A stretch of 64,000 nt of DNA from an uncultured Alphaproteobacteria bacterium (lineage in GTDB: Bacteria > Pseudomonadota > Alphaproteobacteria > Rhizobiales > Methyloligellaceae). Below the pieces are notes generated by a model. It did not search any database and was not told the DNA's origin. It saw only the letters and a list, made by a program, of their open reading frames with translations. How positions within the stretch are numbered: the first letter of the stretch is position 1; the number at the start of each line of letters is the position of its first letter. The position numbers were made by a program, and so were the translations under genes. Positions 11,231-20,936 of the stretch are shown piece after piece. The DNA is taken from positions 264,128 through 328,127 of the forward strand of contig CAVSYE010000001.1 of the NCBI GenBank assembly GCA_963732205.1, in the 5' to 3' direction.

Positions 11231-11319
11231 GGCGGACCTATGCTAATGGCACTTAGCCGTTGAGTCAGTCAGATCGCAGAAGTTGCAGCCAACAGGGGGT
11301 TCAGTGAAGTCTCGATAAG

Positions 11320-12030
11320 TTGCTTGCCTGCTGTATGATCATGGAAAGCCAAGCCTTAGCTAGCCCCGAAATGGTCGAACGCCAAAATGGCTTGCCGATG
11401 TGCAGCGCATCCTGCAGACGCGCCGCGCTTGCTGTCGTCCTGCTCTTGGTGAGTGGTCAAGTCGCAGCGCAAGAGACCGTCCGCGAGAAAAGCGGCTCGG
11501 CACCGGAACAGGCCAAAACCCCATTGGCGAATAGCGATACGGAAAGTCAGGGTAGTCCGGCGGCTCCCGAAGGCTCGGGCATGATCTTGGTCTCCAAGCA
11601 GCCGATCAAACTGTTGGCAGGTCCGTCATCTTCCGCTGCAGTCCTGTATGGCTTTCCGGCTGGACGGCGCTTTAGGTTGATCGGCCAGCAGTCGGGTTTT
11701 GCTCAAATCCAAGCTGTGAAGAGCGGCGCCAAGGGCTGGATCGATGAGGTCGCGCTTGGGCAGTCGCCGGCCGTGCCGGTAGCCACGGCTCTACCAGAGC
11801 CAAAGCACGATTTGCGTCCTCGCAAGGAGGTAACGGCAGCGATACCGCCCAATCCCACTCCAACGTCGCACACCCACACGAAGAAAATTGCCTCGACGCC
11901 CACGAAATCCAAGCACACTCACAAAGCCGCAACGGTTGAAGCGAAGTCGGCAACGTCGGCCTCGGAGCAGCCCAAGCGGCGCGGCCTATTCGGTCTGCGG
12001 CGCAACAGCGCCCAAGGGGTTCTTTTCTGA
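11320..12030 (+). CDS. Exported SH3-like domain protein
   Basis: Signal segment, then LLAGPSSSA...GAKGWI (bacterial SH3 pattern) and a low-complexity tail; start uncertain. Confidence 0.6.
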   Translation: MLACCMIMESQALASPEMVERQNGLPMCSASCRRAALAVVLLLVSGQVAAQETVREKSGSAPEQAKTPLANSDTESQGSPAAPEGSGMILVSKQPIKLLAGPSSSAAVLYGFPAGRRFRLIGQQSGFAQIQAVKSGAKGWIDEVALGQSPAVPVATALPEPKHDLRPRKEVTAAIPPNPTPTSHTHTKKIASTPTKSKHTHKAATVEAKSATSASEQPKRRGLFGLRRNSAQGVLF

Positions 12031-12154
12031 CGGCGTTTGCGCATCACACTTTCGAGTCGTCTCCACAGCAGTCGTTGGGAATAGCGTCAGCCGCAACAAC
12101 GTCCGCTTCTGGGCGATGAAGCTCGCCGTGGAATGAGGTAGAGTCGCTACAGGC

Positions 12155-13729
12155 CTAAGGGGACAAGTCACTCAATATGACGCGAGCGGCGTTGTGCCCG
12201 GGCGCCATGGTGATTCCCCCGCCGGGGTGGCTGCCCGAACCGCAGAGATAAACGTTCGGAACGGGCGAGCGGTATTGCCCCAACTCCGGCACGGGACGCT
12301 GCGAGCCTTCTTGATAGGTCAGCAAGGCGCCGTGGGTCACTGTCCCGCGCACGGCGCTCAACATCAGGCGCTCCATGTCGACCGGCGAGTGAACGACTCG
12401 TTTGAGGATGCTGCTCTTCAGAGTGGAGGCATAGGTGGCGGTAAGGTAATCGATCAGGTAGTCGGCATAAGGCTCCTTCACCTCATCCCAGTTGCGGCCG
12501 CCGATCTTGCCGGTCGCATCGCCGCGAATGTCATACGGCACGTTGTGCACGACCATCTTCATCACGGCCTTGCCGGCCGGCGCTCGGCTCGGATCGATCA
12601 CCGAATCGTTGCACATCAACACGAAGGGGAAAGCGGGCAATTGGCCGCTCCGGCATTCCGTGTAGATGCGCGCCAGATATTCGAGCGACGGCGTCGTCGC
12701 GTGCACGTACGGACTGCGTTGTGCGTCAGGGCCGGCCTTCTAGGTAACGGGAGCATCAAGAGCCAGATAGATGACCATATACGCATCGCCCCATTCGTAG
12801 CGCCGCATCTTGGCGACAAGCTCTCCGCCCACGGTCTCCTCGCCGAGAAAATCGACGATGAGATGGAAGGGATCGACGTTCGAGGCGACAAGGCCGTCTT
12901 CGGCGATCTCGATCACCTCGCCATCGGTCAAGCGCACGCCTGTCGCGTGGTTATCTTGCACCAGGATCTTCGCCACACATGCTCCGGTCCTGATCTCGCC
13001 GCCGTGGGATCGCAAATACGCGGCGAGCGCGAGCGGCAGATGGTGCATTCCGCCCTTCACCGCGCGGTTGCCGACGTCTTGCAGGAGGGATGCGAACAGC
13101 CACGCCGTGTGGCCGCCGCCGACGTCGTCCGGGCCGAGGCTTACGTGACAGGCCCACCCGCCGACGAATAGGCGCGTCTCCTCGCGCTCAAAATGCTCAT
13201 TGCTCCACGAGCGGTAGCTCTGAAGGCCGAAGCGATACGCGCCCATCCCGTCAGGCTCACGCACCAACGTCTCGGTTTGCCTCAAGAGCGAGGCGGGCGA
13301 AGAGTTCATCCATGCCGCGACGGAGTCCTTGGCGCGAACAAAATCGCCGGAAAGCCGCCGCCACGTCTCGGCGTCCTTGTTCGAATAGCGACCGATGCTG
13401 GCGACGGTATCCTCCACGTCGCGATGCAGCGAAATGATGCCGCCGTCGGGGAAGACGTGCGAGTGATTGATCTCCGGCCGGATGAGCTCGAGGCCAAAAT
13501 CGGCGAGCCCCAATTCCTCAGGCACGGGAGACAGATTGGCAAGCTGAAACCCGAACGCATGCATGTCCGAGCGGAAGCCGGGGAGGGTAATCTCCTCTGT
13601 CGTCGCCATGCCGCCGACCGTGTGGTACTGATCGAGGACAAGCGTCTTGAGGCCCGCGCGCGCCAGATAGCACGCGCAGGTCAGGCCGTTATGACCGGCC
13701 CCCACGACAATCGCGTCATATGCTTGCAC
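12155..13729 (-). pseudogene. Phytoene desaturase-like FAD-dependent oxidoreductase with in-frame TAG at 12740-12742
   Basis: GAGHNGL dinucleotide fold; C-terminal YLCGSGSHPGGGITMAPG; both ORFs are in the same frame. Confidence 0.85.
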
Positions 13730-13964
13730 TGTCTTGTCTCCCTAGGGTGAGCTTGTGCCTCTCGCCCCCTTTGGGTCTCGCGGTTCGGCACCACGCTTTG
13801 TGGCTCGGACGACGGCATACGAACTCCGTATTTCAAAGATCATTCGATGGTCGCGTGACGTTTGTGTAACTCTAAAGCAGTGAGGCGCTGAAGGAGAGTA
13901 GGCGGGAGAAGCGGCATGACGCTATAACGACCTCTCGCCGCGCTCTGCTCGAAGTCGCTCTCAA

Positions 13965-14735
13965 ATGCTCTCGCTCCATTCCTATCCACCGCTGTTCGGC
14001 GTTGCCGACAATAACGGCTATGGCCTCAAGGTATTCGCTTTCTTGAAGCTTGCCGGCGTGCCCTTCCGGCATGAGCATTTGTTCGACGCGAGCGCCGCCC
14101 CGCGCGGTCAGCTTCCCTATATCGTCGACGATGGCGAGACGATCGGCGACAGCGATGCCATCATAGCCTTTGTCACTCGGAAATACCGCCTCACGATCGA
14201 TGCGGGCTTGACCCGGGCAGAGCGTGACACTGACCTCCTAATCGCGCGCCTGCTCGACGACCTTTATTGGGTCATGTACTATTCGCGCTGGAAGGATGAG
14301 CGCTTCTGGCCGCTGTTCCGCGATGCACTGCTGCGCGAGCATCCTGAGCTTACCGGGGAAGGTCTCCGCAAGGCGCAAGAGTACAATTGGCAGCGCTACT
14401 TCTATCAGGGCATCGGTCGCTATCAACCGGACGACGCCTACGCGCGAGGCCTCGCGGATTTGGGCGTCCTGGCGCGTCTCATTCCGTCATCGGGCTTTGT
14501 CCATGGCGAGCAGGCGACCGGAATCGATGCCGCCGTCTATGGGTTCGTCGCCAATATCTACTTCTACGAGATCGCCACACCGCTGAAGGACTTTGTCGTG
14601 GCGCATGACAACGTCGTGCGCCATTGCCGCGAGATCCATCAGCGTGTGATGGCTGAGCCCAGCCACGGCTCTACACAAGCTTTGAGCACGGACTCTAAGG
14701 GAAGGCCATTGCCTCAGAGCGAAGGCTGCCATTGA
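13965..14735 (+). CDS. Glutathione S-transferase family protein (metaxin/FAX-like)
   Basis: KVFAFLKLAG, APRGQLPYI, IGDSDAII. Confidence 0.85.
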   Translation: MLSLHSYPPLFGVADNNGYGLKVFAFLKLAGVPFRHEHLFDASAAPRGQLPYIVDDGETIGDSDAIIAFVTRKYRLTIDAGLTRAERDTDLLIARLLDDLYWVMYYSRWKDERFWPLFRDALLREHPELTGEGLRKAQEYNWQRYFYQGIGRYQPDDAYARGLADLGVLARLIPSSGFVHGEQATGIDAAVYGFVANIYFYEIATPLKDFVVAHDNVVRHCREIHQRVMAEPSHGSTQALSTDSKGRPLPQSEGCH

Positions 14736-14781
14736 TGCCGCTCTGGCGTCCCGTCGTGTGAAAGCCTAGAACTTTACGAAA

Positions 14782-15243
14782 ATGTACCTTGCCGCCGTTC
14801 TTCTCTTGATGCTCGTACTGCCCGCGGCTTCGGTCGCGGCCGAGGTATTGCGCGCCCCGGGTGCGGCCGACCTCATGCCGCTCGTCGGCAAGTGGTTCAC
14901 GTTCTGGGCCGTGGGGGTCAGGTTGTTCCTGGCGGGGGTGATGCAGACCTTGCACCCGCAATTCACCGCGCAGTCCGTCTTCGACATCAGGGACGAGGGC
15001 GCGCTTGCCGTCGTGCGCGAAGTCGGCTTCGGCAATCTCGCGATGGGGACGCTCGGGCTTGTAAGTCTCGCCAAGCCTGGGTGGGTCGTACTGGCCGCGT
15101 TGGCCGGTGGTCTCTATTACGGGCTCGCCGGGATCGGCCACGTCTTCCGCAAGACGCGGACTCTCAAGGAGCAGATTGCGCTCGTCTCGGACCTTGCCAT
15201 CTTCGTCTTGCTCGCAGCCTTCGTCGCAAGCCGCGCGTTCTAA
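14782..15243 (+). CDS. Membrane protein, DUF6790-like
   Basis: Four TM helices; KWFTFWAVGVRL and REVGFGNLAMG. Confidence 0.7.
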   Translation: MYLAAVLLLMLVLPAASVAAEVLRAPGAADLMPLVGKWFTFWAVGVRLFLAGVMQTLHPQFTAQSVFDIRDEGALAVVREVGFGNLAMGTLGLVSLAKPGWVVLAALAGGLYYGLAGIGHVFRKTRTLKEQIALVSDLAIFVLLAAFVASRAF

Positions 15244-15280
15244 TTCATGCGGGCAAGCAATCTGTCACGAAGCGAGGCGC

Positions 15281-15475
15281 TCAGTCAGGATGCTTCGACT
15301 TGAGGTACTCTTCCACCTTCCAAGCGTGGGCGCCCGCCGCGCGCACCGCTTCGTGGAGTTCCGACTCCGAGACGCCAAAGCGTTCCTTCCAGTAGGCGAC
15401 TTGGTAAGACTGTTTCATGTCAATGCGGGTCTTCTTGCCGTAGTCCCGCTTCTTCGGAGGGTTGACACTGCCCAT
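15281..15475 (-). CDS. DUF3606 family small protein
   Basis: RID...YWKERFGVSESELHEAVRAAG. Confidence 0.75.
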   Translation of the reverse strand: MGSVNPPKKRDYGKKTRIDMKQSYQVAYWKERFGVSESELHEAVRAAGAHAWKVEEYLKSKHPD

Positions 15476-15671
15476 CCTAGCTTCTCCCTGTAAGTTGGTG
15501 CTTTCGATCGTACCTCGGCTATTCTTCGCGAGAACACTAAGCTCGCCGGGTGATCGGGTTCCGGCCCGGCGGCGCATTCTTGATCATGCCGCAATCTGCC
15601 CCGGTCTGCCAAGGGGGTTTGAATGAGCCGAACGATGCCGTACGGAGCGAATTGGTGAGGAACGTCCGCCG

Positions 15672-16061
15672 ATGACCGACGACGAACGGGCCATACTCGA
15701 CCTCGTCGCCAGGTGGATGGAAGCGAGCAAGGCGGGTGATCTCGACACTGTGCTCTCGCTCATGGCCGACGACGTAATCTTCATGGTCCCGGGCCGCGAG
15801 CCCTTCGGCAAGGAGGAGTTCGCCGCAGTCTCTCGCGGCATGACCGAGGTCCGTATCGAAGGCGCCAGCGACATCCAAGAGATCGCCGTGCTTGGCGATT
15901 GGGCTTAGATGCGCAATCGCCTGACGGTCACCATGACGCCCGCCGGTGGACAGGCGATGCTGGAGCGCTCTGGCTACACGCTTTCGATTCTACGCAAAGA
16001 GGAGGACGGACGCTGGCTGCTCGCCCGCGACGCGAATCTCCTCGCAGCAATCCATGAATAA
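15672..16061 (+). pseudogene. SgcJ/EcaC (SnoaL-like) family protein with in-frame TAG at 15906-15908
   Basis: LMADDVIFMVPG; frame continues MRNRL...SGYTLSILRK..DGRWLLARDANLL to TAA at 16061. Confidence 0.85.
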
Positions 16062-16230
16062 AGGCACTTGACGGCGGGATCCAAGGCGATCTGATCTCGC
16101 GGCACGGCGGACACGAACGTCTTCGTTCTGTTCAACGAATGGGATTGCGAGAGTTCGTCGAGCCGTTCCGGGAACCCTTGGAGGAATGTTGCGGTTGTGA
16201 GAGATTCGAACGGATAGATGTGAGGAGCTA

Positions 16231-16476
16231 ATGGCTAAGGTCATCTACAAGATCGTGAAGCACGAGGACGGCTGGGCCTACAAGGCGCGCGGGACATTCT
16301 CGGAGACATTCCCCACCCACGACGCCGCACTCGCAGCGGCGAGGCGTGCCGCCGGCGAACAGCGCGTGCCGGGCGAGACCGTCGGCATCGAATATGAGAC
16401 GAAGGATGGCGTCTGGCACGAGGAGCTCGATCCCGGCTCGGACCGGCCGGAGACCGCCGTCGAGGACGACGAATAG
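16231..16476 (+). CDS. DUF2188 family protein
   Basis: GWAYK...FSETFPTHDAAL. Confidence 0.75.
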   Translation: MAKVIYKIVKHEDGWAYKARGTFSETFPTHDAALAAARRAAGEQRVPGETVGIEYETKDGVWHEELDPGSDRPETAVEDDE

Positions 16477-16560
16477 CGCGCAGCGTTGCTCGGGTTGACT
16501 CGCCTCAAAGATCACGGTCCTTTGCCCTTCGAGTGGCAGCGCACGACATCGGAGGGCTAA

Positions 16561-16992
16561 GTGGTGCAATCCTATGTTCTTTGGGCCTTGCTCGGCATGG
16601 CCGGCTATTCCTTCATGACCTTGTTCGTCAAGCTCGCAGAGCGCAGCGGCAACGCCACCACGTATATGGTGTTGGCGGTCTCAACCACGATCGTGGCGAT
16701 CTTCGCCATTATCGTCGTGGCCTTGCGGGGTGAGCTAACGCCGCTTCTGCTCGAAATGGAACGTCCGCCGATCCTGTGGGCGATTGCCGGCGGCATCGCG
16801 CTCACCATTGCCGTAAGCTCGCTGTTTCACGCTCTGTCGCTTGGACCGTCCAACATCGTGGTCCCTATTTACGGCATGTTCATCGTCGGCGGCGCGCTGC
16901 TCGGCGTGCTCGTGCTCGGCGAGCCAATGCCGCTGCACAGGATGATTGGCCTCGCCGCGGCGGTCATCGGCATCGTACTCGTCTCGGTGTAG
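16561..16992 (+). CDS. EamA/DMT family transporter (single repeat)
   Basis: Five TM helices; ALSLGPSNIVVPI and LGEP motifs. Confidence 0.85.
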   Translation: MVQSYVLWALLGMAGYSFMTLFVKLAERSGNATTYMVLAVSTTIVAIFAIIVVALRGELTPLLLEMERPPILWAIAGGIALTIAVSSLFHALSLGPSNIVVPIYGMFIVGGALLGVLVLGEPMPLHRMIGLAAAVIGIVLVSV

Positions 16993-17020
16993 AATGCCAG
17001 CGATCGAGGCGAGGCTTCCC

Positions 17021-17143
17021 ATGAGGTACGCACCCGCCGCAGCCATAGCCGCCATCGTTCTTTTCTCTTGTTCGTATCTCTATTTCGCGCTGTGGCACGA
17101 GGTGCTGGACGCGATGCTTATCCAGCCGGCGCCGTGGTCTTGA
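17021..17143 (+). CDS. Putative 40-aa membrane peptide
   Basis: MRYAPAAAIAAIVLFSCSYLYFALW...; GAGG upstream. Confidence 0.35.
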   Translation: MRYAPAAAIAAIVLFSCSYLYFALWHEVLDAMLIQPAPWS

Positions 17144-17177
17144 GGAAGGCAAGTCCGCGGACCCGCCTTCCTTAAGC

Positions 17178-17876
17178 TTAGAGCGTATCGACGAGCACGA
17201 TCTCCGAGTCGTCGAGCGCTTTGACCTTCACGACGTCTTCCCGGCTGATGGCGGCGCCGTCTCTTGCATCGAGGCGGACGCCGTTCACCTCGACGCTGCC
17301 GACGGCAGGGACGAGATAGCCGTGACGCTTCTCGCCGAGCTCGTATTCGACGGTGTCGCCGGCTTTCAGCGTCGCGCCGAGAACGCGCGCTTCGGCGCGG
17401 ATCGGAAGCGCCTCGCCGTCACCGCCGAATCCGCTCGCGAGCGGCACGAAGCGGCCCGAACGATCGGCCTTCGGGAAAGGCTTGGCGCCCCAAGACGGCT
17501 CGCCACCCCCAGCCTCGGGCTCGATCCAGATCTGGAAGATCTTCGTCGGAACCGGCTCGCGGTTATATTCCGCGTGGCGGATGCCCGAGCCTGCGCTCAT
17601 GACTTGGACATCGCCGGCCTCGGTGCGGCCTTTATGGCCCAGGCCGTCTTCGTGCGTGATCGCGCCCTGCCGCACATAGGTGATGATTTCCATTTCGGCA
17701 TGCGGGTGAGGCGGGAAGCCCGTGTTGGGAGCGATCTCGTCGTCATTCCATACTCTGAGCGCGCCATGGCCTAGGCGCTCGGGATCGTAATACCGGGCGA
17801 AGGAGAAATGGTGCTTCGCCTTGAGCCAGCCATGGTCGGCGCCGCCAAGGGCGTCAAAGGGTCTCTTCTCGATCAT
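17178..17876 (-). CDS. Pirin family protein (YhhW-like)
   Basis: HHFSF, GFPPHPH, MSAGSGIRHAE, FQIWI. Confidence 0.92.
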   Translation of the reverse strand: MIEKRPFDALGGADHGWLKAKHHFSFARYYDPERLGHGALRVWNDDEIAPNTGFPPHPHAEMEIITYVRQGAITHEDGLGHKGRTEAGDVQVMSAGSGIRHAEYNREPVPTKIFQIWIEPEAGGGEPSWGAKPFPKADRSGRFVPLASGFGGDGEALPIRAEARVLGATLKAGDTVEYELGEKRHGYLVPAVGSVEVNGVRLDARDGAAISREDVVKVKALDDSEIVLVDTL

Positions 17877-17906
17877 TGCCTTGTCCTCCACGCGAAACTA
17901 TACGTC

Positions 17907-18662
17907 CTAGGCGCTGAACCCGCCATCGACGTTCAAGGTTGCACCCGTGATGTAGGCGGCGGACGGGCTGGCCAGAAATGCGACAGCGGCTGCAACCTCC
18001 TCGGGCTTGCCGTAGCGGCCAAGCACGGTCCGGGTTCGGAGCAAGTCGGCGACATCGCCCTCGGTTGGCGCCATGTCGGTGCTGATCGGGCCGGGCTGGA
18101 CATTGTTGACGGTGATGCCTCGCGAGCCGAGGTCGCGGGCCCAGCCGCGGGTGTAAGCCGCAACCGCGCCCTTGGTGGCCGAATAGTCGGCCACGCCAGC
18201 CCAAGGCGAGGTGTCGCCGGCAACCGAGCCGATCGAGATAATACGGCCACCTTCGCCCATCAAAGGCGCGGCCGCGCGGACGGCTGCGACCACTCCGCCG
18301 ACATTGACAGCAAAGAGATGGTCGAGCTCGGGAAGATTGTTGGCGCGGTCATGCACCTGTCCGCCGGCAAACACGCCGGCGTTGTTGACGAGAATGTCCA
18401 GGCGCCCGAAGCGCTCGTCAACCGACTTCACCAGTGCCTCAACTTCCTGGGCATTGGCCTGATCGGCCTTGAAGGCGTGAGCGCGTACGCCCTTGGCCAA
18501 GAGATCGTTGACGACGGCCTTGGCCTTGTCGGCCGAGGCCGAATAGCTTATGGCGACGTCGGCGCCATCGTCGGCTAGCGCACGGGCAATGGCCGCGCCG
18601 ATGCCGCGCGAGCCGCCGGTGACGAGGGCAACTTTGCTGGCGAGGGGCTTCGTGTTGGTCAT
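17907..18662 (-). CDS. SDR family oxidoreductase
   Basis: TGGSRGIG, NNAG, YSATK. Confidence 0.92.
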   Translation of the reverse strand: MTNTKPLASKVALVTGGSRGIGAAIARALADDGADVAISYSASADKAKAVVNDLLAKGVRAHAFKADQANAQEVEALVKSVDERFGRLDILVNNAGVFAGGQVHDRANNLPELDHLFAVNVGGVVAAVRAAAPLMGEGGRIISIGSVAGDTSPWAGVADYSATKGAVAAYTRGWARDLGSRGITVNNVQPGPISTDMAPTEGDVADLLRTRTVLGRYGKPEEVAAAVAFLASPSAAYITGATLNVDGGFSA

Positions 18663-18690
18663 GAATCCATCTCCTTGCATTTTGGTTATT

Positions 18691-18755
18691 TAGCGTTCGC
18701 TACACATTTAGGAGGCTGGACGTTCTGCGTCAAGAGGATTACATAGCGATCACTA
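18691..18755. promoter_or_regulatory. Two putative TetR operators between divergent SDR and tetR genes
   Basis: TAGCGTTCGCTA (18691-18702) and TAGCGATCACTA (18744-18755). Confidence 0.55.
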
Positions 18756-18770
18756 CAAAGGTACTAGAAA

Positions 18771-19400
18771 ATGGCAGTTTCCAAAGCGCGGGCGGCCAAG
18801 CCGGCGATGATCGGCCGGCCCCGCGGCTTCGATATGGATGAGGCCCTCAACCGGGCGCTCGATGTGTTCTGGCGCAAGGGCTACGAGGGCGCGAGCGTCT
18901 CTGATCTCACGGCGGCGATGGGTATCAACCCGCCGAGCCTTTACGCCGCCTTCGGCAACAAGGAGGGCCTGTTCTGTAAGGCGCTTGATCGCTACGTCGA
19001 ACGGCACGACGATGTCCTGCGTGAAGCGCTCGCACAGCCGAAGGCGAGGGACGGCGTCGCGACTTTGCTCCGCAAATCGATCGAAGGCCTGACCGACAAA
19101 TCGAGTCCGCCGGGATGCCTGCTTGTGCAGGGGATCGCTGGTTGCGGCGATGATGCGCAATGCATCAGGGATGCGCTCGCTAAGAGGCGTGCGGCCAATG
19201 AGAGGCTGATCCGCGAACGCCTCAAGCGGGCGAAGGCGGAAGGTGAGCTTGCGGCAAGTGCCGACCCCGCCGCGCTCGCGCGCTTCGTTTCCACCGTCAT
19301 GCAAGGCATGGCAGTCCAGGCCGCCGGCGGCGCCTCACGCAAGGAGCTGGAGGCTGTGGCCGCGACGGCAATGGCGGCTTGGCCGGCGAAACGCCGCTAG
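18771..19400 (+). CDS. TetR/AcrR family regulator
   Basis: GRPRGFD...GYEGAS...GINPPSLYAAFGNKEGLF. Confidence 0.93.
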   Translation: MAVSKARAAKPAMIGRPRGFDMDEALNRALDVFWRKGYEGASVSDLTAAMGINPPSLYAAFGNKEGLFCKALDRYVERHDDVLREALAQPKARDGVATLLRKSIEGLTDKSSPPGCLLVQGIAGCGDDAQCIRDALAKRRAANERLIRERLKRAKAEGELAASADPAALARFVSTVMQGMAVQAAGGASRKELEAVAATAMAAWPAKRR

Positions 19401-19469
19401 CTTCTGGCCAATTAGGAGTGGCTTTAGGCTGAAACGAGCGCGCTCTTTATTCGGCTTCCGACTCGGCGC

Positions 19470-19877
19470 ATGCTGCTCGGCATGAGGAGTGTGCAACTTC
19501 TTGGCCTTTGCCTGATCCTCACTGCCGGCCCGGCTTTTGCCGGCACGGCGGCCGAGGACGAGGGACCGCTCGGCCCTTGCGTCAAAGGCGATAGTACCAC
19601 TAGCGATGCGCAAACCGCGTCTGGCCCCGCCTGGGGCGTCGAGCTCGCCACGTCCTTCAACAAGCAGGAAGCGCTCGACGATTTCGCGAGCGTGCAAAAG
19701 CAATATTCCGACCTATTGGGGAGCGATCAGCCGCTGATCGTCGAGGATTGCGACCTGCACATGGGAATGGCGCCGCAATATTCGGCAAGGATTGGGGTCG
19801 ATAGCCGCGACGATGCCGACGCGCTCTGCACCAAGCTCAAGGCGCAAGGCGGCGCCTGCCTAGTAAAGAAGAACTAG
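19470..19877 (+). CDS. Exported protein with SPOR-like C-terminal domain
   Basis: Signal peptide; WGVELA...LCTKLKAQGGACLVKKN resembles the C-terminus of the next gene. Confidence 0.7.
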   Translation: MLLGMRSVQLLGLCLILTAGPAFAGTAAEDEGPLGPCVKGDSTTSDAQTASGPAWGVELATSFNKQEALDDFASVQKQYSDLLGSDQPLIVEDCDLHMGMAPQYSARIGVDSRDDADALCTKLKAQGGACLVKKN

Positions 19878-19929
19878 CCGCTTTTTCCCGCTTCTCTCGC
19901 CTCCCAACTTGTCGGAAACTTTGTGCAGG

Positions 19930-20844
19930 ATGCGGATCCTCGCTGCGATGTCTCTCATTGCGGGCCTCGTACTGCTCTCTGGCGCTGCCGAGGGCGAGGG
20001 GGCGTCTGCGCTTCTGAGCGTCGAGGCTGGGGTGAAAGAAGCGGGGCTCGCATTGGCGGGCCCCAAGCCATTCGTCGATATCGTCTGTCCGCTGATGCAA
20101 CAGGAGGCCGAGCAGTACAAGCTCCCGCCAATGCCCTTCGTGCGACTCATCTGGAAGGAGAGCCGCTTCAATCCGAATGCCGTCAGCCCAAAGGGGGCGC
20201 AGGGCATCGCCCAATTCATGCCGGCGACGGCGCTTGATCGCGGGCTCGACGACCCCTTCGAGCCGAAGCAGGCGATCGTCCATTCGGCCAGTCTGCTGGC
20301 AGACCTTCGCCAGGAGTTCGGCAATTTCGGCTTGGCCGCGGCCGCCTATAATGCGGGTGCCGAGCGGGTGAGGGGCTGGCTCGCAGGGACGAGCGGGCTC
20401 CCCTTCGAAACGCAGGACTATGTCGAATTCGTCACCGGCCGGGCGGCAGAGGAGTGGAAGCTTCCCGAGACCGAGCTCCCCGAAGCGTTGAAAACCCAAG
20501 GAGAGCAAGTCCAGGCGTCGTGCAAGAATCTCGCGCCGCTTGTGGTCCGCGCGGTCTACGAGACGGAACCGCTCACCGCGAGCGGAGCGTGGCGTCCCTG
20601 GGGCGTGCACCTTTCGACTGCCTTCTCCAAGGCCAAGGCGCTCGCCCAGTTCGCCAGGGTCAAGGCGCGCTATCCCTCGGTGCTCACCGACCGCGATCCT
20701 TTCGTCCAGCCCGAACGCAATCTCAGCCGCGGCCGGCGTTCGCTCTATATGGTTGAGATCGGCGCCGACAGCCGGGACGATGCCGCCAAGCTTTGCGCTG
20801 ATCTGCGCTCGGCTGGCGGTGCCTGTATCGTGCAAAAGAATTAG
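19930..20844 (+). CDS. Lytic transglycosylase (SLT) with SPOR-like domain
   Basis: IWKESRF, GAQGIAQFMP, AAYNAG, ETQDYV. Confidence 0.9.
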   Translation: MRILAAMSLIAGLVLLSGAAEGEGASALLSVEAGVKEAGLALAGPKPFVDIVCPLMQQEAEQYKLPPMPFVRLIWKESRFNPNAVSPKGAQGIAQFMPATALDRGLDDPFEPKQAIVHSASLLADLRQEFGNFGLAAAAYNAGAERVRGWLAGTSGLPFETQDYVEFVTGRAAEEWKLPETELPEALKTQGEQVQASCKNLAPLVVRAVYETEPLTASGAWRPWGVHLSTAFSKAKALAQFARVKARYPSVLTDRDPFVQPERNLSRGRRSLYMVEIGADSRDDAAKLCADLRSAGGACIVQKN

Positions 20845-20936
20845 CCGGAAATTTCCAGCCGAGCCGCATTGTCTCAGTGGCAACAGCCGGGCGCTGGTAT
20901 AAGGTCCGCTCGCGACGGGGTGGCAGGGGACATCCG

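Noticed and set aside
12740-12742. Pyrrolysine decoding of the in-frame TAG
   Set aside because: No pyl genes or tRNA-Pyl in the window, and the protein families are not known Pyl users; retained only as a low-interest test.
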